Virus record (IMG/VR): IMGVR_UViG_3300014169_000024
Location: 1-24,715 of that record
Reading direction: 5' to 3' (one strand)
Source of the DNA: a virus
Taxonomy: Duplodnaviria; Caudoviricetes
DNA: 24,715 nt
A program made the translations under genes and the position numbers. How positions within the stretch are numbered: position 1 is the first letter of the stretch; the number at the start of each line of letters is the position of its first letter. Under the pieces are notes generated by a model. It had not been told where the DNA came from. It did not search any database and saw nothing but the letters and a program-made list of their open reading frames with translations. Of the stretch, positions 1-8,949 are shown piece after piece.

Positions 1-123
1 AAACATGATATTGAGAACTTACAATATCTGTCTCCATTGGAGAATCAAAGGCGGTCGAAAAACAAAATCACCACAAACGATAAGATAGCATTGATCCGCA
101 ATCGCTTCATTCGAAAATTATGA
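1..123 (+). CDS. C-terminal end of a probable HNH endonuclease (5' truncated by the window edge)
   Basis: Frame 1 reads KHDIENLQYLSPLENQRRSKNK... to TGA 121-123; the H-x-x-x-NLQ-x-L-x-x-x-EN pattern is typical of HNH ends. Confidence 0.55.
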   Translation, partial: KHDIENLQYLSPLENQRRSKNKITTNDKIALIRNRFIRKL

Positions 124-145
124 TATCAGACGATAAGGAATTTCT

Positions 146-382
146 TTACTCTTTTTCCTTCATCGCAATTCTATATTCTCTTTTCCAGGATTCCAAAAGG
201 TTTTCGAACATTTCAACTGGGATATCTAATAATTTATTCACAGCAAGAATGTATTGTCCGCATGCTTCCTGCATTACATTTAAATCCAAATTGTTAATTT
301 TTCGCATATCATCAATGAGATGGACTGCTTTCATGATTGTTTTTTTTAACTCTTCAAAATCTTCTATATGCATTATTCGCAT
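146..382 (-). CDS. hypothetical protein
   Basis: ORF in the co-oriented leftward operon. Confidence 0.6.
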   Translation of the reverse strand: MRIMHIEDFEELKKTIMKAVHLIDDMRKINNLDLNVMQEACGQYILAVNKLLDIPVEMFENLLESWKREYRIAMKEKE

Positions 383-407
383 TCTTTTAAGGTTTCAAGT
401 TTATTGT

Positions 408-722
408 TCATAGCGTCTCATTTGAATGTGGATCGTCTATTTTCATCACATCAACCCCAGTATAAAATTTAACATTCCCAAGAAATCCCTTAGCTAAATT
501 TAACGCTGCCCTCTGAATTTCCATTGGATCTTCTGAAATGTACATTTTGACCATCAATGCTAGAATATGATTCATAGCTGAAAGAGTCAGGTTGCAATTT
601 GTTTTCTCTGTAATCGGAGCTATCGCTTCCATCATTTTCAAGATCAGAGCTTTCAATTCCTCAATCACATGATCCGGAATGTCTTCAGTTTTGTAGAGGT
701 TCATTAGCTTCATTCGTACCAT
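408..722 (-). CDS. hypothetical protein
   Basis: ORF overlapping the upstream gene, GGAG RBS. Confidence 0.65.
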   Translation of the reverse strand: MVRMKLMNLYKTEDIPDHVIEELKALILKMMEAIAPITEKTNCNLTLSAMNHILALMVKMYISEDPMEIQRAALNLAKGFLGNVKFYTGVDVMKIDDPHSNETL

Positions 723-1254
723 TAAGCAGAACTCCTTTGTATTCTAACATTTGGTCTACCATTCTTTCTGTTTCTCCCATAACGAACTGGATGTCTTTAT
801 AAGAGCGTTCTAAGATTTTGGAAGAAAGTTTGGGTAAATTAGGAATTTTTTCATGAAGTAATCTTTGTGCTTCTTTCATACTGTTTTCCATTCCTGGTGC
901 TATATCCATAGAATGAGAACAGTCAAATCCAATAACAGCTCTGTCATCTATCGTTCTTTCTCCAAAGGTTATACCACCATGAACATCAATGGGAAGTTCA
1001 AAACATCCTTTCATGTTTGAAAACTTATTTCCGAAGCATTCATGTGTTTCCATGGGTTGATCAAAGGGATGACCTTTAGGAACGAAACAATATCCATTTA
1101 GAGCGCCGAAATCGTTCCTTTTAACAAAGCATTGAATTCCTTTGTATTTCCACTCGACTCCATCAGGCTCTTCAATCCAAGGCCCCTCCCCCCATTTTTC
1201 AATCTTTTTAGATTTTTCAGCATAATGCTCTTTAACTTCGGATCTTTCATTCAT
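685..1254 (-). CDS. conserved phage hypothetical protein
   Basis: Motifs GxxNGYxxVPxxHP, VHGGITF and IGFDCxH are common in phage early proteins; start set at ATG 1254 behind GGGAGG. Confidence 0.75.
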   Translation of the reverse strand: MNERSEVKEHYAEKSKKIEKWGEGPWIEEPDGVEWKYKGIQCFVKRNDFGALNGYCFVPKGHPFDQPMETHECFGNKFSNMKGCFELPIDVHGGITFGERTIDDRAVIGFDCSHSMDIAPGMENSMKEAQRLLHEKIPNLPKLSSKILERSYKDIQFVMGETERMVDQMLEYKGVLLNGTNEANEPLQN

Positions 1255-1653
1255 TTTGTTTCCCTCCCAAAAATGTAAACTAAAACGATTGCAACGCAGA
1301 TACTCGTTATGGAATAAAACACACAAGTTGGCCAATCAATGATCATTTGTCTCCTTCTTGGGTTTCTCTGTTTCTTTATTTAGAGCAACAATCACTTCAT
1401 CGATCTTTTCTTTCCCTTCGAATTCGTTCAGGATAGCGTATAATTCGCCTATTTCTTTGATGGTGTAGTATTTCTTCACAGCTTATCCTTAATTTCCTCG
1501 CAAATCGTCTGAATTGTCCTAAGCCTGCACCAATGGTCGAATAGGAATATGAATGTGATGGCGAAAAGAGTAACGAGGATGGCAAATCTGGTGGGGAAGG
1601 TCATTATTCCGCTTCGATCTTGGGTGTAGGGGGGATGTAATTCCATTCGTCTA

Positions 1654-1857
1654 TCATTCTGGCGACTCCGGTAATGGCATCCAATGTGTCGCAGTTAAAA
1701 TCTCATATAGATATTTATCATGTTCGAATATACTAACTTCATTTACGAAAGCCCAGACACCCATCTGAGGACTTTTGATATAAGCGACTTTATCAAATTC
1801 AATTGGTCTTTCCTGAATAATAATCCATTCAGCTTTGCTCATTTTGCTTTCTCCCAT
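1654..1857 (-). CDS. DUF551-like small phage protein
   Basis: C-terminal ATHWMPLPESPE motif. Confidence 0.7.
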   Translation of the reverse strand: MGESKMSKAEWIIIQERPIEFDKVAYIKSPQMGVWAFVNEVSIFEHDKYLYEILTATHWMPLPESPE

Positions 1858-2057
1858 GTATCATCTAGAATTTTAACTATATCGTCTTCTAGCTTTTTTC
1901 TCCTTTTTTCCGGATAAGCATCCAATTCTTCTTGGCTATTAAATTTCATGTCCGCTGCTTCTAATGCCATCATAGACCCATGAGCAGCGGATATCATCAT
2001 TAGAGCTTTGAGATGCAAATAAGCGAATGATCTTTTTTCTTCTGATTGACTAGACAT
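1839..2057 (-). CDS. hypothetical protein
   Basis: ORF abutting the bet stop codon. Confidence 0.65.
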   Translation of the reverse strand: MSSQSEEKRSFAYLHLKALMMISAAHGSMMALEAADMKFNSQEELDAYPEKRRKKLEDDIVKILDDTWEKAK

Positions 2058-2909
2058 TTATTTTAATAAATCCCCTTGTTCTGCCTTAACATCGACTGCC
2101 TTCTTCTCTCCGGCAATTTTTTCGTCTACCCATTTTAGATAAGACTTAGAAAATCTGTCACTATGTTTTAATGCCTGAGTAATAGCGTCTTCGATCGGTT
2201 TCTTGCTGGTTTCGCAGATATGCTTGAGGAAGTCATTGAGGTCGTAGTCCATGTTCTCTATGGGTTTAAAGGCATCTTTGAATTCTGGAGTGTTGTCTAC
2301 AGTAGTCTCTTGAGAAATTATCGCTCCATTCGCTTCATTCAAAGCTTGAGCCATCTCATCTACCGTGTAGATATTGCCAAGATCGGCAGGGAAAGCCTTT
2401 CTTAATGCTAAAGCTTCCGCGCACTTTGCAAGTTGATTATGTTCGGACTGTTTCCAAAACTTTGTCGGTTCTTGCTTTCCCGTATCTTTATCTTTAAAAG
2501 TTTGAACATATTCGTTGTAAAAAGCGGTTGCTCCAACTTCATGCCAAGTACCATCGGATGTTAATTTTTTAACATAAGATGTAGCAGAAAGAAGCATTCC
2601 GTCCTTATCGTAATTAAATGTTGGCTCTCTTCCAGGGGCATATTTCCCTGTTCTGTCTGCCAATAATCTATAACCATCGATTGAAACCTGGAACGTGAAC
2701 ACCGTTTTCTTTAACTTATAATCCTCTCTCGGTATCGCATGGATCTGCTTCATCTCAGGACTTAAGCCTGTTCTTTTGCAAATTTCTTCGAATAGAACAA
2801 GCTCATCATCGGAAGCGCCCTTCATAAAGGTTCTCTTCCAAAGCTCGATTCTCTCTCTCCATTCGTCTTCTGAAGCCTTTGTCTTAGGTGCCATTAAATA
2901 TTTAGACAT
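2058..2909 (-). CDS. bet: phage single-strand annealing recombinase Bet (RecT/Redbeta family)
   Basis: Motifs LF..ICKRTGLSP..KQIH, QVSIDGYRLLADRTGKY and QLAKCAEALALRKAFP..LGNIYT.DEM. Confidence 0.92.
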   Translation of the reverse strand: MSKYLMAPKTKASEDEWRERIELWKRTFMKGASDDELVLFEEICKRTGLSPEMKQIHAIPREDYKLKKTVFTFQVSIDGYRLLADRTGKYAPGREPTFNYDKDGMLLSATSYVKKLTSDGTWHEVGATAFYNEYVQTFKDKDTGKQEPTKFWKQSEHNQLAKCAEALALRKAFPADLGNIYTVDEMAQALNEANGAIISQETTVDNTPEFKDAFKPIENMDYDLNDFLKHICETSKKPIEDAITQALKHSDRFSKSYLKWVDEKIAGEKKAVDVKAEQGDLLK

Positions 2910-3082
2910 TCTTCCATCCTTCCTTTTCGTGTATAATCATCTTCTATAAAATATTTCTGATCGACAAGCTTTTTCCTCTGCTTTTCTAATTCCACGATAA
3001 GATCGTCAATCTCATCAATCTTGCTCCAGATCGCCTCTAATTCGATCTCATCTTTACTCAGTCTATAGTTAGGAGTAGCCAT
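2894..3082 (-). CDS. small coiled-coil protein
   Basis: Heptad-rich ORF translationally coupled to both neighbours. Confidence 0.6.
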   Translation of the reverse strand: MATPNYRLSKDEIELEAIWSKIDEIDDLIVELEKQRKKLVDQKYFIEDDYTRKGRMEECLNI

Positions 3083-3726
3083 TATTTCCTCCTAACAACA
3101 AACTTCTTATCCTTGACAATCTTGATCCCAGGAATATCTTGTATCCCCAAGTCAATATGCTTTTGAACTGCTTTTTCGTCGATGATCCAATATTGATCCG
3201 GGATCAACTTCGCATCCACAACTTCAAACGTTAGCACATCTTTGTAGAATGTCGTCGCCTTAGAGCTTTGAATATTCCTAGATTCATTAGGAATGACGAT
3301 ATCGACACCCAATTGCCTGGAAAGCTCCTTAACCGATTCCTCAGCAGCCTTCGTTTTCTCTGCCTCTTTAGCGTGATATGTCGCTATTTTGACAGTTATG
3401 GAGTGTTCTGCTTGAGAAAGGATCTCTTGAAGTCCCTTGGCTGAGTCATTGATCATTTGTACAATTCTGCGAGAAGGTTCAATCGCTTTCTTCCTTAGCA
3501 CCTCAATTGTTTTATCTAACGTACGAATATCCGCAGTGATATCGAGGGCCGATGTACAGCCTTGCGCATCTTCTACCGTTACATTCTTGGCCATTAAAGA
3601 GAGCTTGCTAATTTCCGGCAAGAACTTCTCTATTTCCGCAATCGCCGGGAAGCGATCATCGGGCAGCACTTCTAGATTATCTTTTAATAAATCCAAGAAA
3701 TCTGTATCGTGTTGTGTATCATTCAT
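3082..3726 (-). CDS. coiled-coil phage protein (Gp157/Gam-like, recombination-associated)
   Basis: Long helical region, then FEVVD..LIP..Y..IDEK...IPGIKI; lies between the exonuclease and bet. Confidence 0.55.
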   Translation of the reverse strand: MNDTQHDTDFLDLLKDNLEVLPDDRFPAIAEIEKFLPEISKLSLMAKNVTVEDAQGCTSALDITADIRTLDKTIEVLRKKAIEPSRRIVQMINDSAKGLQEILSQAEHSITVKIATYHAKEAEKTKAAEESVKELSRQLGVDIVIPNESRNIQSSKATTFYKDVLTFEVVDAKLIPDQYWIIDEKAVQKHIDLGIQDIPGIKIVKDKKFVVRRK

Positions 3727-3770
3727 TGGCTAACTCCATTGTTTGACTTTTCTGGTATATAAAAATCCTG

Positions 3771-3800
3771 GCCCAACACTCGTAATGTTGGGCTTTTTTT
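3771..3800 (+). terminator. intrinsic terminator, oriented against the leftward operon
   Basis: GCCCAACA-loop-TGTTGGGC followed by T7. Confidence 0.65.
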
Positions 3801-4017
3801 ATCCTCGTTTGTATTGCTCTCCAAGATATCTTAAAAAAATATCTAATTCTTCTGCTGACATGTTTCCGTTTCGAGACATAGATAAAATTAATTCAGACAT
3901 AGCCAGTATAGCTTCATCTGGACGGACATGATTAAACTCGAAGAATTCTATCAAAAGGTGTTGAATCTTCGGTGAGATATTTCTCATTTTTTCAATGTAA
4001 TTTTCAGGAAGCTTCAT
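3799..4017 (-). CDS. hypothetical protein
   Basis: ORF with AAGGA RBS. Confidence 0.6.
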   Translation of the reverse strand: MKLPENYIEKMRNISPKIQHLLIEFFEFNHVRPDEAILAMSELILSMSRNGNMSAEELDIFLRYLGEQYKRG

Positions 4018-4027
4018 TGTTTTTCCT

Positions 4028-4609
4028 TTAGTTTTTGTTGTTCAAATAAACGTATGCATTGTACCACGAAATAGCAGACGCCATTAGGGTGTCAGTTATA
4101 GTATATTTGTGAACTTTTGGGAACCCTCCATCAGGGTCAAGTTGCACGAAAAGGGTTGTTTTTTCAACCGGAATCTTGTTAACCGTCGCCAGAAGATGAT
4201 ACAAAGCTCCCTGGAGAGGCCATTTAACAGGGTCGGCAGAAACGGTGCACTTGAAGTCGGTTACATATAACATACCATCAAGCTCGATGACCATATCAAT
4301 ACATCCGGTTAGCTTCATAGCTTCGTGGTAAAGTCTTTTCTCGTTGAAGGACGGAATAAATTTAAGATCCTTCTCCCACTTAAAGTAGGACGCTAAATAG
4401 CCATCTTCCTTGGCGCTTACAGGAATAAACTCATCTCGGCAATGAGCTGCTATGGCTGCGTGGACAGAGGTTCCTAGATCAGCCTTCCGTTGAAGGACTC
4501 CTTGGTCTATAGCCTGCATAGGATAGTGCCACTTGCCATCAGCGTCCTTTGTGGGGATCATGGATAGGATTGAGCTTACGCGTATCCATTTGGGGTCTAG
4601 TTCAGTCAT
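4028..4609 (-). CDS. PD-(D/E)XK (Cas4/RecB-like) exonuclease, likely Bet partner
   Basis: Motifs VSSIL, GTSVH, E..L, GCIDMV, DFK and Q..LY. Confidence 0.85.
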   Translation of the reverse strand: MTELDPKWIRVSSILSMIPTKDADGKWHYPMQAIDQGVLQRKADLGTSVHAAIAAHCRDEFIPVSAKEDGYLASYFKWEKDLKFIPSFNEKRLYHEAMKLTGCIDMVIELDGMLYVTDFKCTVSADPVKWPLQGALYHLLATVNKIPVEKTTLFVQLDPDGGFPKVHKYTITDTLMASAISWYNAYVYLNNKN

Positions 4610-4758
4610 TCAAACCTCACGATTTCAATAGTAACTAAAACACCACGAATAGCAAAGGCAAGCCCTAGCCATTGAATCCAATTCAGATCAAAAATAAAGG
4701 CAATCCCAAGGGCAAAGAGTGCAACCTCAAAAATCATCCAAATGGCTTTCATGTCCAT
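4606..4758 (-). CDS. 50-aa two-TM membrane protein (not in ORF track)
   Basis: MDMKAIWMIFEVALFALGIAFIFDLNWIQWLGLAFAIRGVLVTIEIVRFE; ATGA overlap with the exonuclease start. Confidence 0.6.
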   Translation of the reverse strand: MDMKAIWMIFEVALFALGIAFIFDLNWIQWLGLAFAIRGVLVTIEIVRFE

Positions 4759-4763
4759 ATTTC

Positions 4764-4820
4764 TTCCTTTTCCCCTTGACTATAACACCAAGAGGAAAAT
4801 ATAATCAAGAGCAAAAGGAA
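4764..4820. promoter_or_regulatory. symmetric overlapping divergent sigma70-type promoters
   Basis: + strand TTGACT(4776)-18-TATAAT(4800); - strand TTGATT(4808)-18-TATAGT(4784); 21-bp inverted arms match at 18/21. Confidence 0.75.
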
Positions 4821-4833
4821 AAAAATAAAACAT

Positions 4834-5103
4834 ATGGGAATCAAAGACTGGCTTAAGAAAAACAAAATGCGTCCCTATACGCTTTCTAAAATCGCGGGAG
4901 TAGCTCCCTCTACTATATGGAATCTTTTAAGAAGTAGGCCAGCCAGAGCCGAAACCGTAAAAAAACTCGTCGAGTCTACTAAAAACTTCAAGATACCTAT
5001 CACACATGATTCGTTTCCAAAGGTTTATAATCCTGGGACATTTGAAACCATTTCAGGGCCTGAACTTTTCAAAAGATTAATGGACAAGAAGCTTAAGAAA
5101 TAA
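4834..5103 (+). CDS. XRE/Cro-like HTH regulator 1
   Basis: LSKIAGVAPSTIWNLL helix-turn-helix. Confidence 0.75.
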   Translation: MGIKDWLKKNKMRPYTLSKIAGVAPSTIWNLLRSRPARAETVKKLVESTKNFKIPITHDSFPKVYNPGTFETISGPELFKRLMDKKLKK

Positions 5104-5127
5104 AAAAGGAGCGGTTTTCGCCGCTCC
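5102..5127 (-). terminator. hairpin terminator with the U-tract on the minus strand
   Basis: A6-GGAGCGG-loop-CCGCTCC. Confidence 0.55.
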
Positions 5128-5213
5128 CAAAGGAATTCTAACAAAAAAGGTTGTTGCATGTACAATCCTCAGGATATTTTGAGACGGAATTTGTGACAAG
5201 AGAAATATTTAAG

Positions 5214-5591
5214 TGGATTTTTAGGGTTTTGTGCCGGTAGGATAAACTCTAGAAAGGAAATTTGGAGCCTGTATGAGATTCAAAGATTGGGTCAAAAAGA
5301 GCGGGTTGAGCCTGCGCTCGCTTGCAAAATCATTGGGAATTACTCATTCTATGATAAGGCATCTTATGAATGAAAAGCCTCCAATGATAATTACAATAAA
5401 AAAGCTTATTGAACTCTCAAAAAATATGTCACATCCCCTTAATTATGAGATGTTCCCTAAGGCTTTTCTTCGGGGTTATTCTAGGGTTGTCTCGGGCAAA
5501 GAACTAATGGAGCTTCTCAGGAAACCTGAAAAATGAAGAAAAAATTTCTGGCTTTTTAGTAAAGAGGCTGGTTAGGATAAACTCTATAAAG
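5214..5591 (+). repeat. duplicated promoter-like element (5214-5256 and 5549-5591)
   Basis: Exact TAGGATAAACTCTA at 5238 and 5573, each preceded by TGG(A/C)TT with an 18-nt spacer. Confidence 0.7.
5273..5536 (+). CDS. XRE/Cro-like HTH regulator 2, paralog of 4834-5103
   Basis: LAKSLGITHSMIRHLM HTH; shares KDW.KK, KKL.E, FPK and SG.EL with the first copy. Confidence 0.75.
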   Translation: MRFKDWVKKSGLSLRSLAKSLGITHSMIRHLMNEKPPMIITIKKLIELSKNMSHPLNYEMFPKAFLRGYSRVVSGKELMELLRKPEK

Positions 5592-5733
5592 CACGAAGGC
5601 CCCGACAAGCGGAGCCCCCTAAAACAAGATATTGAAAAGTGATATTCTCAGTATCTTAATTAGGGTCTTTATTTTCAAGCAACGAAAATAAAAACTTGTC
5701 GAGTTTCTTCCCAAACCATCAGGAGAAGATTTT

Positions 5734-6360
5734 ATGTTTCAAATACCTGCACCAAATTATACCCAAACCCCTAACGCACTCTTTGATGAATGGCTTCCCA
5801 AGCTCGGCATGGCGGAATTAAAAGTTTTAATGGTCATCATGCGAAAGACCTTTGGATGGCATAAAGTCCGAGATCAGATAAGCCTTTCTCAACTTGAAGA
5901 AATAACAGGTCTAGAACGTCGCCATGTTTTGAAGGGCGTTAAGGGTCTTGTCGAAAAGAATCTAATAACTAAAGTCGTCGAAGGAAAAAACGGGGCGCAA
6001 AAGACTTATTATGAGCTAGTTATCACAGATGATTCAAATAATTCTTACCAGTGTCCTAATGACACCCCCACCAGTGTCCTAAAGACACCCACAAAAGAAA
6101 CTCCTACAAAACAAATAAATACAAACGTTAACGTTCCTAAGAGGACGGAGAGGAACGTTTGCATAAATGAATCCCTAAAGAAAATAGGAGGGCTTGATGA
6201 TAAAGCCAAAGAATATGCTTCACTCTTTGCCACCGAACATGAAATTCAGGATACATTGGAAGCTTGCAGATATCAGGAAAAGAAAAGAAAGATACCCAAT
6301 CCATCAGCATATTTTCTGGGGACTCTGAAAAACAAAATGAAGGGAAGGAGATCCGCATGA
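5734..6360 (+). CDS. phage replication initiator (lambda O-like)
   Basis: PNYTQTPN, ELKVLMVIMRKTFGWHK..DQISLSQLEE.TGL winged helix; C-terminal NPSAYF motif. Confidence 0.85.
   Translation: MFQIPAPNYTQTPNALFDEWLPKLGMAELKVLMVIMRKTFGWHKVRDQISLSQLEEITGLERRHVLKGVKGLVEKNLITKVVEGKNGAQKTYYELVITDDSNNSYQCPNDTPTSVLKTPTKETPTKQINTNVNVPKRTERNVCINESLKKIGGLDDKAKEYASLFATEHEIQDTLEACRYQEKKRKIPNPSAYFLGTLKNKMKGRRSA
6047..6090. repeat. two iteron-like repeats inside the initiator gene (putative origin)
   Basis: ACCAGTGTCCTAA(T/A)GACACCC at 6047 and 6070, each with a GTGTC/GACAC inverted core, followed by an A-rich tract. Confidence 0.65.
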
Positions 6361-6677
6361 AAGACTTCGAAAAAGGAACATGGTATTACATTTTCAAAGA
6401 TGGCGTCAAAGAACACTATTACAATCACCCCAAAGCTCCAAAAATAACAATCGATGAGATGGGTTTTTCACACCAAAGACATATTCCAGCACCAGGTGTT
6501 TACACTCGTAGACGTTGCGCCTGTGGTATTCAGCATGCATGGAATGCGGAAGGGGAGCAAACATTCAAGATTTATCAAATGCACATAGCAACAAATGATT
6601 TTGGAGAAAAAATGTATATGAATACAAAGAAATGCAAAAAATGTGATGAAATTCTTATGTTAGAATTGGAGGAATGA
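6357..6677 (+). CDS. Cys-containing hypothetical protein
   Basis: ATGA overlap with the initiator stop; CACG and CKKC motifs. Confidence 0.6.
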   Translation: MKDFEKGTWYYIFKDGVKEHYYNHPKAPKITIDEMGFSHQRHIPAPGVYTRRRCACGIQHAWNAEGEQTFKIYQMHIATNDFGEKMYMNTKKCKKCDEILMLELEE

Positions 6678-6678
6678 G

Positions 6679-6885
6679 ATGGAATTTAAAAACCACGAAG
6701 ATCAACAAGCATTTGAACTTTGGGCTTTTGGAGAGACTGGAGTTAGATATGGCGAACCCTTACTTCACACATGGAATTCACGGCACGGAAATAAGCTTTG
6801 GGTCATTCCATCAGAGAAAATAAGCGATTCCATGAAAAAGATGTATGAGCTATATGTCAATTCTACCAAAGGATCAACCGCATGA
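6679..6885 (+). CDS. hypothetical protein
   Basis: ORF with GGAGG RBS. Confidence 0.6.
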   Translation: MEFKNHEDQQAFELWAFGETGVRYGEPLLHTWNSRHGNKLWVIPSEKISDSMKKMYELYVNSTKGSTA

Positions 6886-7013
6886 CCCTCCATCAAGCCA
6901 AGATTAAACTAGTCAAATGGTGTAAAGCCGTAGTTTTGAGAAAGTCAGTCTGTCCGTTCTGTAAGGAAATCTTTAATCAGAGAAGTCATCCTAGAGTTAA
7001 GAGGAAACGGTAA
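6882..7013 (+). CDS. small basic CxxC protein
   Basis: 43-aa ORF coupled at both ends (ATGA, TAATG). Confidence 0.45.
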   Translation: MTLHQAKIKLVKWCKAVVLRKSVCPFCKEIFNQRSHPRVKRKR

Positions 7014-7174
7014 TGGATCGGAAAATGAGAAAGCAGGTGGGCAAACCTCTCAAGAAAGCCGAGAAGCTCGTCCATAAAGCAGAACGAGCCAACGCAAAAC
7101 TTGCAGACTACGACGAAAAGGTCAGAGATCCTCTAATTGCCAAAGCCAAGAAAATGAAGAGACATTGTAAATAA
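7013..7174 (+). CDS. small Lys-rich protein
   Basis: 53-aa ORF MDRKMRKQVGKPLKKAEK... Confidence 0.5.
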   Translation: MDRKMRKQVGKPLKKAEKLVHKAERANAKLADYDEKVRDPLIAKAKKMKRHCK

Positions 7175-7231
7175 TCTCTTTAAATGTTATGGGTTAATTT
7201 TAGGGACTACCCCTCAACCCGGAGGTTGATT

Positions 7232-8290
7232 ATGGTTTCTAAAATAATCTCATTACTAATAACACTACAACTAACTACTTTAGTTGCACACGATAATTTT
7301 AACCAAATTAGCGCAAATGTTGGATCTAATGGCGTAGATTCATCTCATTTGAGATTTAACCATCAATCATATTTTTATATCCCTAACGGTGACGCTTTCA
7401 TATTGGATCTGGCGCATTCACTATGCCGAAATCATATCCAAAACGAAGCTGGACTATCATATCGTACATTCGCAGGAAAGGTAGGATTAGGGGCTAATAT
7501 CTATTATATGAACATGAACCATCCCGGAGCCTTCCTGCATCAATTAAGCCCTGGAATTGAGGCTATGTACAAGGATTTGCACGTAGCATATAATCTGTAT
7601 CTGCCAACTTCTCAGAATAAAAAGGCCAGAAATGGGATGATCTATCATAATCCGGTTTCGGAATTCGGCCTTAGATATATGATCAGGAAGGATATAGGCA
7701 TTGCATTGCTTCCATTCATTGATCATAAAGATAAAAGTTGGGGGCTTAATTCAAGATTAAATTATACACTTAATGATCGGTTTGAGTTTGGTATAGCCCC
7801 TTATTTCAAAAAAGAGGGAAAGGGATGTCTTTTCTCTTTCGGCATCAACTTTGGTGAATCTAAAGGCATGAAACAAGCGCTTAGGTCAAATTCCTTTAAG
7901 TATTCACTCAAACATTTTCAACCAAAAATTGCGAAAATATACGTTCAGATGCCGATCATTCCGATTGTTGTTCCTGATATAGAATATCCTGAGCTAAAGC
8001 TGATCGAAGAAGATGAGATCCTGCCTGAAAATGTTGAGCAAGAGGAATTAGAGGTAATTGCTCCGATCGAGAATCATTCCGTTCTATATCACGAAATGAT
8101 TGAGGAGATCAAAGAGCCTGAAAAAAAGCCTGAAACGTGGTTTAACTTCTTTCCATTCAGGGATATAAAAAGATCAGAGGTTAATCTTTCGGCTATGAGA
8201 AAGGATGATTTCTTTTTAGTAGCACCTTGGGGAAAGATATTAAATCCAAACGTACATATGCCCGGAGATTTGCCGGGCATGTTAGTCTAA
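7232..8290 (+). CDS. exported beta-barrel protein, inverse-autotransporter beta-domain-like
   Basis: Signal-peptide-like start (MVSKIISLLITLQLTTLVA); GLSYR..GLGANIYY..HQLSPGIEA..NLYLP strand pattern; GGAGG RBS. Confidence 0.6.
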   Translation: MVSKIISLLITLQLTTLVAHDNFNQISANVGSNGVDSSHLRFNHQSYFYIPNGDAFILDLAHSLCRNHIQNEAGLSYRTFAGKVGLGANIYYMNMNHPGAFLHQLSPGIEAMYKDLHVAYNLYLPTSQNKKARNGMIYHNPVSEFGLRYMIRKDIGIALLPFIDHKDKSWGLNSRLNYTLNDRFEFGIAPYFKKEGKGCLFSFGINFGESKGMKQALRSNSFKYSLKHFQPKIAKIYVQMPIIPIVVPDIEYPELKLIEEDEILPENVEQEELEVIAPIENHSVLYHEMIEEIKEPEKKPETWFNFFPFRDIKRSEVNLSAMRKDDFFLVAPWGKILNPNVHMPGDLPGMLV

Positions 8291-8342
8291 AACGTTTGAC
8301 AATAATTTCTATTATAATCATGAAAGGCTTTCGCGAGGTATC

Positions 8343-8408
8343 ATGATAATTCACGGCGATTGCTTAGATGAGATGAGAAAGATGGCAGATAACTCCATTT
8401 CTGGGATT
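8343..8408 (+). pseudogene. orphaned N-terminus of a DNA methyltransferase
   Basis: MIIHGDCLDEMRKMADNSISGI parallels IIQGDCLEVMRSYPDNYFSCV at 8894; similarity stops just before the DPPY motif. Confidence 0.75.
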
Positions 8409-8457
8409 GAATTCATACATAGAGGGTGTTACAATACATCTCCTAAAAAGAGGAGAT
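8407..8457 (+). promoter_or_regulatory. endonuclease promoter plus RBS-sequestering hairpin
   Basis: TTGAAT-17-(TG)TACAAT; ATCTCCT(8438)/AGGAGAT(8451) stem. Confidence 0.65.
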
Positions 8458-8463
8458 TTATTA

Positions 8464-8949
8464 ATGAAAATACCCGAACTTCAATTAGGCAAAGCTGGGG
8501 AGTATTTGGTTTGCGCCGATCTGATTTTAAAAGGATATATTGCCTTCCCTTCCGAACAGGGATTGTCTTATGACGTTGTTGTCGATGATAAAAACACTCT
8601 TATTCGGATTCAGGTCAAAACAACACAGACATACCGAGCTGTTGGCCAGAGAAAGAATTATTGTCCTTCCTATTTATTCAATGCGAGAAGATGCGGCAAA
8701 GGTGGTCGACAATCTTATGAAAACACAGATATCGACATCATGGCTTTTGTTTGTTTGGAAGATAATATTATTGGATATCTCCCAGTTCATGAAGTTCGTC
8801 AAACATTGCATTTTAGGGTTAAGAAATACCAATACAAAACAAAGAATTTGTGTGGCAGATATTTGGAAGATTTATCAATTGAGAGGGCAATAAATGGACT
8901 GCAAAATAATCCAAGGGGATTGTCTGGAGGTAATGCGCTCTTATCCTGA
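8464..8949 (+). CDS. PD-(D/E)XK homing endonuclease (I-Ssp6803I-like)
   Basis: GKAGEYLV..DL..KGY....YDVVVD....RIQVKT...Y...DIDIMAF. Confidence 0.8.
   Translation: MKIPELQLGKAGEYLVCADLILKGYIAFPSEQGLSYDVVVDDKNTLIRIQVKTTQTYRAVGQRKNYCPSYLFNARRCGKGGRQSYENTDIDIMAFVCLEDNIIGYLPVHEVRQTLHFRVKKYQYKTKNLCGRYLEDLSIERAINGLQNNPRGLSGGNALLS

Noticed and set aside
4028-4609. Cas4 as evidence of CRISPR-Cas
   Set aside because: No cas1/cas2 or CRISPR array; the context is a Bet recombination operon.
8296-8318. TTGACA...TATAAT perfect promoter boxes
   Set aside because: Spacer is only 11 nt.
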